Shown in pieces: positions 12,484-25,700 of a stretch of DNA of 64,000 nucleotides. How positions within the stretch are numbered: position 1 is the first letter of the stretch; every line of letters begins with the position of its first letter. Location of the stretch: contig NC_043011.1 of NCBI RefSeq assembly GCF_006345805.1, forward strand, positions 16,194,464 to 16,258,463, given 5' to 3'. The DNA is from Octopus sinensis (Eukaryota). A program made the position numbers and the translations under genes. Under the pieces are notes generated by a model, which was not told where the DNA came from, did not search any database, and saw nothing but the letters and a program-made list of their open reading frames with translations.

Positions 12484-13177
12484 GTTATATATTGTGTGTA
12501 TATATATTTATGTACATATGTACATGTACTTGCAAGTGCTTCAAAAAGTGTGATGTGTAACTCACGTAGCTTAACTGTTTCATGATGTTCCACATATCAT
12601 AATTCAGTTACATTTCATTGATATATACCCATGACCACAAATCGGAATGTCAAAATGTTGCTTAGGAAGCAATTTTCTAATGATGACACGCATTTCTCTT
12701 CTTAAATGGTTTGCTCCTCTTAATTAGCTTTAATACATCAATGACAGACTCATGCAGTTACATGATGCACTTAGCTGATTAAAAGACTGCAAAAAACTCA
12801 AGTGGCATTTCCATTCAAAGAAATTATATGATCCCGCATATAATCATGACTATTACCATTGTCGTTGTGTTCGATTTGGATCAGTACCAGATAACGAGGG
12901 AATATATATTCCTTCACCGTTTTTCTTTACTAAATTAATCTAATAAATGGTTTCAATTGCGTATCCTTTACTTCGTTTAGTTTTACCAACATATCACTGA
13001 ACAAATCGTTTTTATGCAAAAACATCATAATAGCTATTTCAAAAATGTATTAGTAATACGAGTACAACACACGCTAACAATGTCTTCATCAATTGCATGA
13101 GTCATTAATATTTTCAAGCATGTACGCAAACATTTCATAATCGCACGCATGTATATATATAAATTTATGTATGTATG

Positions 13178-13179
<2 letters not shown>

Positions 13180-13271
<92 letters not shown>

Positions 13272-13290
13272 ATATATATATATATATCTA
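13180..13290. repeat. (TCTA)n/(TA)n microsatellite
   Basis: Seen directly; similar tracts at 13485-13600 and 54020-54340. Confidence 0.95.
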
Positions 13291-13334
13291 GCTAGCTCTC
13301 CATCTATAGGAAAAGTTTACGAAAAAAAAAGACG

Positions 13335-13480
13335 AAGACTGGTGGTGTACCAAACAAACAGATGTATTAGTATAACACTCAGGAATAGAAAAAGTATTTT
13401 ACGTTTCGAGCCTACGCTCTTCTACATAAAGGTACACAGAAAAACAAGGAGAGAAACAAGGAGAGAAAAAATGTAGTGCG
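13335..13480 (-). mobile_element. HHR-bearing pLTR-like fragment, same family as 47200-47580; HHR relic at 13397-13432
   Basis: Shares GAAGAGCGTAGGCTCGAAACGTAAAA and flanks; core reads AUGUAGA (degenerate). Confidence 0.65.
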
Positions 13481-13481
13481 A

Positions 13482-13553
<72 letters not shown>

Positions 13554-13554
13554 C

Positions 13555-13605
<51 letters not shown>

Positions 13606-13853
13606 TGTGAATGCACGTATATTTGCGTGTTTATTCGTGTTTTTGTTAGCAGGAATGTATCTATACACAAAATTTTAAAGCCACATATCTTGAATTACAG
13701 GGCATACTTATGATGGTCGTAAACACACCAACACCAGATATTAAACTGCAGTAGAGAACAAACTCCGACACAGAGATACGCACGCGCGCACAAACATACG
13801 CACGCACAAACTACGCACACGCACATAGTTATATATCATACATATATATATAT

Positions 13854-13884
<31 letters not shown>

Positions 13885-14321
13885 ATCAATAATAATAAAG
13901 GCTAAAATTAATTAATTAATAATTCATAATTCCAACAAGTATTCGACATGTTAAAAGGACCATTTTCGGTAAACTTAGACAATATTTTTATAATTATGAG
14001 TATAGTTATAATTGGGGTTCAGCAAGAAACTTTGCTTCACCACATACCGAACTTCAGAAATAGTAGCCAAAAAACTTAGTTATTTCTTCTACTATAAGAA
14101 GAAACCCCCGGACAACATAGACTCAAAACAATTCACGTAGGCAGAGAGAAAAACAACGAAATTCATTCGGTATTTGATTAAAAATGCAAAAGTCACACTT
14201 TCATTCGATCATTTCCCTCCTCAGCACAGCATTTCAAGATTTTAAATTTGTGACCACTGAAAAAATTTGGACATACTTATCTAATTCAAGTAACATCAGA
14301 CAAACCAATGCTAGTGCGTTT

Positions 14322-14474
14322 ACATCTTCGTAACTTAGCGTTTCGGCAAAAGAGACTGATGGAATATGTGCTAGGCGTACAAATAATAAGTCCTCGGGTC
14401 GATTAGCTCGACTAAAGGCGGTGCCCCAGCATGGCCCCTGTCAAATGACTGAAACAATTAAAAGACTAAAAGAA
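14322..14474 (+). mobile_element. SINE family B, 3' fragment
   Basis: Matches tail of 46707-47125 including the (TAAAAGA)-like end. Confidence 0.8.
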
Positions 14475-16823
14475 TATATATATATGTATGTATATTTAGA
14501 GAGATATATACGCACGCACATTTATATATACATATATATATAGAGATTAATCAGCCGAAATTACTACGATGATCCGGTTCTTGACTGAAGACTGAGGGCT
14601 TCGAATGTCCTGTCTATGTTTGTTGTATCGTCTTCTAAGTGTTATGCGTTCTTGTCACAGTTTGTATTTTTCTACATATCATAATATACATACATACATA
14701 TCTATACATATATTTAAACATACATAGTCACACATACATATATAACATATATTTTTAATGCTACCTTTCTACTCTCAATAACTTTCTACATATATATCGA
14801 CAAGTTTGCCAACATGATATCACATGCTAGTGTTTCTGAATGCATAATTACGTATGAATGCATCTAGATTTACAATTTATTCTGTATGTGAATCATTGAT
14901 TTTATCCATGTCTTAATGGCAGAGCAGCAATTCTAGCAATTTTCAGTTGAAATTTATCCCTCATTCAGGATCGATTAGATTTCAAAATATTTATATCAAT
15001 ATCTTGCATAAGTTAAAATAATGAAATGTAATACTACAAAACATGCAAATTTAAAATTGTGTTTCTAAGAATATCGTAGGAGAATTTAAAGAGCGGTTAT
15101 AAATAGATGTTGCACAAATGTTATATTTTATTTCTCGTACAGCCTGAGATATTCCTTATAGTAGTTTTCGACTGGCATTTGTATAGATCATTCTGCTACC
15201 TACATATACAATCACAGCCTGCGTGAAAATATTTAACGTTGATAGAGAGGGGCAATGTTCTGTTGCTTTTCTTTTGGCTCAACGTATCATATTTTGTGCT
15301 TCCTGTCATCCATGCATCTAACGCACCAACCTCTATATATTTCTTAATTTACAGCTGAGTGTTTTGGGTTTTATCACTTCCTCTAAAAGCTTTCTATTCT
15401 CTGTCATATGCCACTGACATATTCGTGATAAAACATATCAGTTTTGCATTCTCTTATGAGGTATGTATCAGTCAAAGGGCATATTATATTTCAGATGAGA
15501 ACACACGACTCAGCTATATTGGAAAAAGAAAATTCTGCAAATCTCGGGCCAAGAACAAAATCCTAAGTTTCATTTTCACGAGTATACTCAATATTATCCT
15601 CCGAAATCTCCATACCTCGGAAAGACGTCTTTATAGTCAACTCAGACCATAATTTCAAGTCCATAATCGCAACTAATGGGAGCTTACAAATATGAGAGCT
15701 TACTCCCGATCCACCATGAAACCTTTCATTACCGCCATTCAGATTTCCTTTGTTTCTCTTTTGAACATTTTCGGCTGCCGTTTTCATATAAATTATGAAG
15801 GCAATTCTCACACATCAATATTATCTAAAACAGATTTCTTGAAATATCCTATTAGATTTATATGATTATATTAATAAAGGCAAGATCCTTTTCTGCATTC
15901 CAATCACAGCCAATGAGAGTAAACCCTTTCCCTAACCGGATTTTTCAACAAAATACTGTTTATCAGAAGAATATATGCATAAATATTTTCCATCTGTCTA
16001 TTAATCTGTACCTTCCAGTATTCTTACTAGGGACCTGAAAAAATATCGGCTTGGTTCCTGCTCCAAATACTCTCAGCAACTTTAAAAAATATTTCTAAAA
16101 AATATTTTCTAAAAAAGCATTAGTAGATAATACTGAGGAAAACTGCTACGATTGTTATACTAGCAGCTGAATAATAAATTGAGTTTTGTTGTGAATTGCA
16201 TTTTCATTTTTAATGCCTAAATACAAATATTTCTAAGACGTTGTAACAAATTAACACAAGAATGATAAATTAAAATGCTTTGTTTGCGATATCTACTTGT
16301 AACGTTCAACAAGTGTGTATATTTCACTGTGATAGCAAGCGAAAGTTAACTGAAAATTCATCGTCAGATAATATATAGCTGTAGGATGTGAAGAGAGATT
16401 AAATCTAATTAGAACATGAGATTTTGGTCAGAAATGCAGGTGTTCTTTACAAAATTATGTATGAATTTTAAACGTTGTTAAAGAATAGTTGACAAGAGAA
16501 CGTATCTTTGGTTTTCTGTACATAAAATGGAGCCATTTTCAAAGATATCATTATTGTTATTTCTTTTTTCTTTTTGTAAGTTGTTAGGTACAAGTAAATG
16601 AAATTTAAAACAGAAAACAGTATTGTGAGCCATTTTCTCAAACATGATACATAATTGTATTATACCTAATGTCCTGTTCAAAGAATTAACTCATATTGGT
16701 ATAATGATATGAGTGGGTGTGTGCATGCATATATAAATATATGTGTATATACATGTATATATAATATACATACATACATATGCAAATATATACAAGTATA
16801 TATATATATATATTTACATATAT

Positions 16824-16860
<37 letters not shown>

Positions 16861-16951
16861 GTATAAGTGTGGAAAGGAACACACGAGTTGATATATATGA
16901 AAAAACAAGTCAAAAATAGAAAATGCTAAGATGATTTTATAGTGAATCTTT

Positions 16952-16989
16952 CAGTACCGATTTCGGTCATTTTGAGACCTTTTCAACTG
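16952..16989 (-). ncRNA. Minimal hammerhead-like motif with U3-A8 core
   Basis: cag-UUGAAAA-gguc(ucaaaau)gacc-GAAA-UCGG-UA|cug, inside a (TA)n-flanked ~280-bp insert (16862-17140). Confidence 0.6.
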
Positions 16990-17137
16990 TAACGATTAAA
17001 TAATTAAATTTTGAAAATTTTGAAAAATTAGAAGAAAGGTTTTTTTAAAGGAATACTTCCATAGTAGTGTTCAGATATATGTAGCATTCTGCCTTTCTCT
17101 GACTCCCTTGTTTGCACTTGTGTATTCGAGGTCGTTG

Positions 17138-17190
<53 letters not shown>

Positions 17191-18071
17191 TATACATATA
17201 TGTATGTATATATGCATGTATATACACAGATATATGTATATATACATAGCAGTACGTAGAAGGTATAAAGAAAACTTTCAGGAACAATAATGGATTTCCT
17301 TAACAAATTTATACATTTACCCGCTCCCATACATTATTTCTTCACACATGTTTTCAAGTTTGTTCACCCCTCTCTCCTTCTCTCTCTCCCTCTCTCTGTA
17401 TCTTTGCTTTCAAGTTAACATAGGATCCGTTGAGGACCATGTTACCTTGGTAACAATTGATAATGTAACATTTGACTAAGGTATCTCTAGCCTGATATAT
17501 ATGTACGCATGTATGTATGTATGTATGTATGTATGTAAGTATGTATGCATGTATATATGTACGTATGTAAGTATGTATGCATGTATGTGTGTATGTATGC
17601 ATGTATGTACTTATGTATGAGAGTATTATTTTGCTTAATGTATTTATTACAGCTAAGAATATGCTTTTGAATACTTTTATTTGCTATTATTTTTCCAAAA
17701 AGTACCCTCATTTAACATTTTTCATGCAGCAGTAAATATTACTTTAAAAATATTGAAATATTGACACACATCATTCGTTTCCTGTTCTTTTTGATGACCA
17801 TAATTTTTGTACATCAGATCTCGTAATATTATGCGCCTCGAGTGAGTCATCTATGAGGATCACGTACCTTTGTTACGAGAAAATGTATCTGTGGTGCACG
17901 AAATGTCTACTCAACAACATTTTATTTGGTCCATTATCACCTTATAAAAGTATCTGAGTTCTGTTATGAACATCAATTTTCTTTTCGGCAAGGTTGACAG
18001 CCTTTGATTCAATTTTCAGGAATGAACATATGAAGGAGCCGTTAATTGGTCCCAGTTACTAGAAATATATA

Positions 18072-18302
18072 TTTCTTTATTGCCCACAATGGGCTAAACA
18101 TAGAGGGGACAAACAAGGACAGACAAAGGGATTACGTCGATTACATCGACGCCAGTGCGCATCTGGTACTTAATTTATCGACTCCGAAAGGATGAAAGGC
18201 AAAGTCGATCTCGGCGGAATTTGAACTCAGAACGTAACAACAGACGAAATACCGCTAAGCATTTCGCCCGGCGCGTTGACGTGTCTGCCAGCTCGACGCC
18301 TT
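18072..18302 (-). mobile_element. tRNA-derived SINE family A, full length, with 14-bp target-site duplication
   Basis: TSD GTTACTAGAAATAT at 18055-18068 and 18303-18316; B box GAGTTCAAATTCC. Confidence 0.92.
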
Positions 18303-19276
18303 GTTACTAGAAATATTATCACCACACCCCTTCAAAATTGTGCCACATTTCTATTTTGAAAATGAAAAATCCTTACAGGATAATATATTCCTTGGTACAC
18401 AACATCCAGCTGAAAGTAGGGTTTAGTCGTTATTGACACGACTACTTTGGAGGCTACCGCATAACATCAACAACCTTGAGACAGGACATGAGTTCAAGCA
18501 TTCAGTAGCACTAATGAACTTCATATTTTGGTATGATTTGCCTCACTTCCATTCAACTCTCATCTAATAATTCTCGTCAAATGACCCATTATGCTTTAGA
18601 GCAGTATCACCTTAGCCTAAGTGTAACAATCAATATTCGCTGCTTTCATTAAGAAATTGCTATAAATATATTATAGTTCCATAACTTATGTCTACACAAA
18701 TGTCTGATATACCTCAAATTTATTAGTAGCTATGACGTTATGTAACATTTGCTCATGAATTACTGAGAGACGTATATATTTCATAAGTGAAATGGGATGA
18801 ATTACCGATGGGAATCGACAAAACAAACTAGTAGCGAGCTAATTCTATATAATCACAATTATTTCCTTGGAAAAATGCAGGTCTCTCTTTATAGGATTAT
18901 ATTCAATCATTCATACAGTTATAACGGTGTGAACCGTTAGGTAAATATTGCTATTTATATATTAATAATGAAATAATTCACAGTCGGATACATCTCTGGC
19001 TCTGCTCTTTCGTTCATAAAGTGGAAAATATAACGCTATTTCAGAACTGTATATACCCTACTGAGAATCAAGACAGCACTGTTATTAAGTTGTCATTCAT
19101 ATGAAAGGACACAGCAGTTAGACTTTTGTCACTTGTTGAAAATATCTTAGCTTTCACTCCTAATTAAAATATCTAACGGTTTGGTCCTCTTCACCAGTGT
19201 AAACATGGAAGCTTTTTATATCACATGGGAGTAGGTTTAACTTGCATAGGTTTCATTTGCATTTCAATATGCGGGT

Positions 19277-19560
19277 TGTGGAGGCACATGGTCTAGTTGT
19301 TTAGAGCAGCGGACTCGCGGTCGAGGGATCGCAGGTTCGAATCTCAGACCAGACGATGTGTGTGTTTATGAGCGAAACACCTAAGCTCCACGCGGCTCAG
19401 GCAGAGAATGTAATGCTAAAACTTCTGCTGACTCTTTCGCACCAACTTTCTCTCACTCTTTCCTCCTGCATCTTGCAGCTCATCTGTGGGGAACCTATAC
19501 GTCAAGAAACCGGGAACCCGGCCTTTATGAGCCAGACATGCCTCGAGAAGGAACAAACGT
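19277..19560 (+). mobile_element. tRNA-derived SINE family C variant
   Basis: A box TGGTCTAGTTG, B box GGTTCGAATCTC; head shared with 41241-41735, different tail. Confidence 0.8.
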
Positions 19561-22054
19561 GCGGGTATAAACCTCATAGCCGTTTGAATACGGTAGTACA
19601 CATACAGCCACCAATAACAATGTTTCTTAAAATCACATGATAGTTATATATATCATAACTTCACCATCAACAACATTTTTAATAATTTATTCTGTTAAGT
19701 GCCAGTGGATTTTTTAAAGTCTGCGGAAATGGATGTAAAGTGAAAGAACTTTCGTTGCGATTTGTGAGTGCATCACAACCTTAAATAGGTACGAATTTAT
19801 CTTTTGTTATAAAACTCTTTCTTACATGAAAATATATTCTATGTTAGAGTAACTATGGCGTTATTGTATTTTCCAATGATAACATATTTTGTGAAATGCC
19901 GGCAAACTGGTATTCACTGGATAGCTTTTCGTTCGTGAGTCAGGCGTAAACCCATTTTTGACGTTACGCATTAATATTAATATTGATTATTTCTGAATGT
20001 AAGCATGATTTTCACTACAGGACAGCCTGGTTGAGATAATAACAAATATTTGTGTATGTCATCAAAATTTTAACCTTTCACAAAAACAATAAGAAGGTCA
20101 AAATGGAACATGACAAATATTAAGATTTACCTGAAGTTATCCAATTTTTTAATACATAAATATAAATTGTGAAAATAATGTTTATTTAAAAAACAATAAT
20201 TAGACAGTTTTGCTAAATTCTAAAGATACGAGGAACAATTAATCATAAAGTTGCCATAGCAGGTTGTTTGTTGCTTCTGATTATAAAATGATTATTTCTT
20301 TATCATTAGATATCTACTTGCATAACATCCAAACTGGCATGCGCTGCTATTTTAGAATTACCACTTACATCTCGTAATTGATTTTCGTTAAATGAAATTC
20401 TAAATTAAGGAATTAATTACCTGATGTCTTTTAAATATATGTAACCATTTAAAACATTTAAATAATTCAATGTTATTATTAATGTCACCTTTTGTTGCGG
20501 CTATCATTACTTCTCAGAATATATTGTCTAACAATTTTGAAATATTGATTTGTTTACTGTTATGTATGCTTAGATAATTTCAAATAGTATATATATTCGT
20601 AATTACCTTTGTAAACTGAAAAATCTCTTTTACCGGAAAAGCTCTTCAAAATAAAGTGTAATTCTGAAGAGTTTTATTTATGAAACCATTAAACCTTAAT
20701 ATAATTTCCTATTCTCCTTCAAACATCACTTACGCTTTACTTTGTTAAAATTCATTGTTATTTTGACGAATAATCACACATTCATCTAAAATGTCGGAGA
20801 AAAATAAAAATTAACTTGTTTCTCCCATTCGAGTTTTCATAAAAAGATAGAATCTATTTTGATTTGTTTTCCACTGGAACATGAAGCTATATTCAGTTCT
20901 TAAACAACAAAATATATCGTAGAAAAGTGAAGGACGTTAAGCTTGAAAAATAAAAGAAGCAAACCATAAGAATATAAAACATAGACTAGTGAAGGTGTAA
21001 TCATTATAGCTAGGAGAGAATTTATTGTAAGCTTTCGAGAAAGTTTCAAATTACACTACTCTAACCAAAAATGTCGATTGAATGTACGCAGCATTTTATT
21101 TCTTCAAACAAATATATAATTATGTTTCGCCTTGAATAAATCTACTTTACTAAATGAAATATTAATATTGAAATGTAGGTACTTTATTGTTGTTTAACAA
21201 AATTTACGATGATTTTAACAGTAATGATCCAGCTATAACTATACTTAGGAGAACTGTATTTAGTATTACAAAATACAATATCTATTCCCAAACTTCATTT
21301 GGCTACTCTTTAGTTCCAAATAAGACTTTATTTCCAAATATCCCGAATACTTATGAATGCTTAACCATTTATATGCAGTTCTTTTCTTCATGATTCTCAT
21401 CTACCGTAACCTTCCTCCTTCAGGACACTAGAATATGAAGTTAAAGATAATTTGTTGCTACTTCTTGGATTTTGAACTACCGCATAAGTGATTTTTTCAT
21501 GGATCCATACGCTCATTTTGTAAAACAATAGCTAGCTTCAAAGTAGATTTACGGTGTACATATTCAAATATCACAGGAACAAGTTCAGTCGTACAAATAA
21601 GGATATCACTGTTCCCTTTTTATAATTTATCCAGAACTTTCTCATAATTAAGTCAATACTTTTCCTGCGTGGGTTGTTATTTAGGTTCAAAAGTCTGGAG
21701 AAATAGCTCCAAGGAAGCTCTTCTGAGCAACATTGGGAATTTTTCCTTTTCATGGGCAGCTCGATGAATCAGTTTTCTTTAGCTAAACGCTTTGAAACTC
21801 CGTATACTGGTAAACTGTGTCATATAGAACATATTTTACTCTTAGCGTTGTTGAGAAAAGTTTCTATGTACGAAGTTATTTCGTATTAAAGTTGTCGTGT
21901 TTCGGTAATTTCAACCAACCAATGAAGTGTATTCAGCTGAATAAAATTACTGCTGTTGTTTGTCAGCAACAACTTCCGGCGGTGTATATTTCCCTTGTTA
22001 CTGTTTTTCATGAAATATTTCATCTCAGTTACGTCCGTATGAATAAACGAGTGT

Positions 22055-22610
22055 AAATGTCCTGATGCAGTACAAGGCAGTGGCTAATGACTTCTGATCT
22101 TAACTGATTGGAAGTGTTATCATATACGTTATTTTGTCTTGGTATAAAAGATGGGCTACAGCAAATATTCTGCTCAATAACACAGATTTGCTTGTCTGTT
22201 GTTTGACCTTAACCAGTTGAGCATGTTCTTTAGTGGCTGACGATATGTGCATCTCTGACCGCGAGCAGAAGTATTGGGGGAGTCACATAGCCATGTGTTG
22301 AAAGGAATTCTTAGAGGTTTGGATAATTCACCTTTGGAAACATGGGTGCTTCGTTCAACATCCTTAAACAATCCTTATTCAGGGACCTTTTGAGTGGGAT
22401 GGGCTACTCGACCTGAAGAGAATTCCAACTGGGCCCCACCTGCAAGGTCATGCGCTGTTTATCTTGATATTAGATCACCATGTCACACACATATGGTTGT
22501 AATGCATGTGCCTGGTGTACCCTTCTCAGACGGGTAGTCATGATGGGTATACTGGCCTTCGTATATTTTACCCCAGTGTCACTTTGATGGTATATACTGC
22601 TCTCTCACTC
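22055..22610 (+). mobile_element. ~555-bp non-coding interspersed element E with (AAT)n tail
   Basis: Closely matches 45198-45753 end to end; followed by (AAT)n then (GAT)n to ~22760. Confidence 0.85.
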
Positions 22611-22643
22611 AATAATAATAATAATAACAATGATGATGATTAC

Positions 22644-22676
<33 letters not shown>

Positions 22677-22702
22677 GATGATGATGATGATGATGATGAT
22701 GG

Positions 22703-22734
<32 letters not shown>

Positions 22735-25700
22735 GTGAGGATGATGATTTTAATGATAATGTTAACATTCCACAAAAGAGCTAGTGGCTTTGTAAATCAT
22801 TATTAATAGCGCTAGATTTATTGCGATCGATATTATTTGCGAAATAATATTCAAACGAAGACAGAGTTTAATATAAATTTAAACAAACACTGTATGTCAG
22901 ATAGTACACGATTGATTTTATAGAGAATTCTATGAAACATGAAAATATAATAGTACTTTGCGTGTTGATAAGATAAATATTCGAAAACTTTTGCTTGTGT
23001 GCTAACATAAAAAGCTTTAGATTGTTAAGTTTTCAGTAATTCACTCTATGAAGTACGTAGAGGTGCTGTACTACCAGCATTTATATTTAAGTAACTTCCC
23101 TTGTTAGCTTTTACTGTCCTATAAGCTATATAATAAACCATTTTATCAGTTATTACGAAAGATGCTTTTGTCGTTTATTGTTAGTGTATTTGAGAACCAT
23201 TCGAATACCTCTCAATCACTATTTTTTATTTCACATCAAAACTTTGCCCTATACAAACACTGTGAGGTAAAATGGAGAAATTGGTGATGTTGCCAATTTT
23301 TGGTGTTGTAGTTTATTTGCTTTCATTATTGATACCCTTATTACACAACTACGATGTTTGAGCAATTACCAACGACTCACAAAGCAGTTGCTCCAATCAC
23401 CCGTCTACCCGAAACTTTAAAGGGAATTCCTACATGTAAAAATGAATTGTGTCTGTGTAGAGTTGAATTACAGGCATACGTTCTGCAATGACTATTGTAT
23501 TTCTTTACAGCCTATATATTCTGGTGTTGTTCTGGTCTGTGTGTGTGTGTGTATGTGTGAGTGTGAGTGCGCGCGCACGTAAAGATTAGTCGATGCCACA
23601 GTAGATTCTAGTATTTTCACTTCGGTAGAGACAGTCCTTTGCAAATTTGTGTTTCTGGTGTTGCACAATGTAGACTCTGTGCACCAACAGGCGAAAGAAT
23701 CACTCGACCCAAATAAAAGTGATACATACACACAAATATATATGCATCCATACATACACAAACACAAACATGTATATATGCATACATACATACACACACA
23801 CAAACATAATAGCACACATAAACACACACACACATATGTATTTATATATTTTCATTTCACTGTATTTATATATTTTCATTTAAACTCTGAAATTACTAGA
23901 GCGTTATCGTGTCTTATTTATCAAGTATCGTATGTCATATATATATATTAGATTTGGGGTTTTGTGTATGAAATCTTTTCTATGGTGATATATTATATCA
24001 CTTTCTTTCACACGCTTACAAGTTATATTAGATGTACAGCATCCTGAGTGTATCAGATGTTTCTGAACTGCCGCCACAGAAATTTTTGTATGCGAGGATA
24101 ACATTTTAAATTCCACAAATATAAATTTAAAAACCGCTACTCTTCTACTCAAGTGTCTTGATATCTTATTTACTTTCGTGTGGAATTTCGCAAGTAATTT
24201 GTGGTCCTGTTGTGCTTGAAGAATGATAACAGAACTATTTCGTGTTTTAATAAATCCTTCTGCACCGTATGTTACTGGGAGGGGGTTCTTCTTTAGTTGT
24301 GTTGCTTGAAAATATTTGGTTCCATCATTTTAAAAACATTTTCACAACTTGAGGCATTAGAGGCTATATATACATTTTTACGTTGCTATCTTTTTGCGTC
24401 AGCAGGCATATATAATACATATATATTGCTAAAATATATGTATTTATCATACTTGACCCGTTTGATCAGCATTGAAGCTATTTCCGTTTTGGTATCTATT
24501 TTGACATATTATTTCTGCAAATGGTTGACTATACTGGAATGTAATATCCGGTATATATATGACGGCAAAATAAGAAGTAAAGGATATTTGCTGGCTGTTA
24601 GTTTTAGCAACCGAACTACTGCATAGAAACTCCTTCTCTGGTTCGACACAAAACAGATTGCATTCACTGTTCAAAAGACCAATGATGGCAGTCCCATAGG
24701 AGTTGTCCTCTGATATACTAAATCTATCTCATGTTTAGTTGAGAAACTACTAGGTACATTGTGAATCCCGTAAAGATGGGGAATTTTCCGATTGATAATT
24801 ATAAAATCTGATATGCAGATTGTTTCGGTAATATATCTCTTATTGTTTCTTCTGTACCCTTTATTCAAACACGTTATCTTAAAGGAACAAGGCTATATTG
24901 CTAAAACCTCTTTACCATTATCCTTACACGTGTACATACAAGCGTTGTCCAGATACAACTTAGGAGTTTCAGATAAGGTACCTTGCTTCCATAGCAACTA
25001 TATCATTATCAGCACATATGAAAGAAACACATTTACTCAGAATTCTGTCTCTTCTGAAGAACATCAAACGATTGAAAAGTCCAGATTTCCTGGAAAGTTA
25101 GCTTCAAACTTTTTTGCAAAATTTCTTATGGCGAATTCCTTGTAAATTTTATCCAACCTGTATCACAACATCTATTATATTTCTTTATAGCAATATATGT
25201 CTTAAGTTTTAACACATGTTACTGCTTGTATTAGCTTACAGCTCAAACGTACCAGGCAATGCAGCTGAAGTATGACCGAACCTCATTGGATCTTTCAAAA
25301 CAAGAGATACGGACATTCTCTAATTACTAGCAAACACGTCTACCATCGCTTTTGAGAATCTAGGTAACTGTGCAAGATTTCTCCAAAGTCCAACTGTGTG
25401 TCTTCTCCCAGACTAAATATTTCACCCAGACCTTCCTCAACAGCATCCATGTGAAATACCCATTGCGTTCATTCTTGCCCACAAACATTATTCTAAAAGT
25501 CTTCAAGCTAAAAATGAAACACATCTCCATCAGACATTTGTTACCAATTAAAGTATCATGCACGTTGTTCTAGAACCATATCTGTTTATAGAAATCAGAA
25601 CTGAACTGCCGGTTTCACTCGCTTTAACGTTCATCAAGTTTTGTTCATCGTTGCGTCTTATGATGCTGAGATATGTTGACAAGATTGGATTTACTAAAAT

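Noticed and set aside
14580-14620. CTGAAGA..GAATGTC hammerhead-like relic
   Set aside because: GAAA is incomplete and the stems do not pair.
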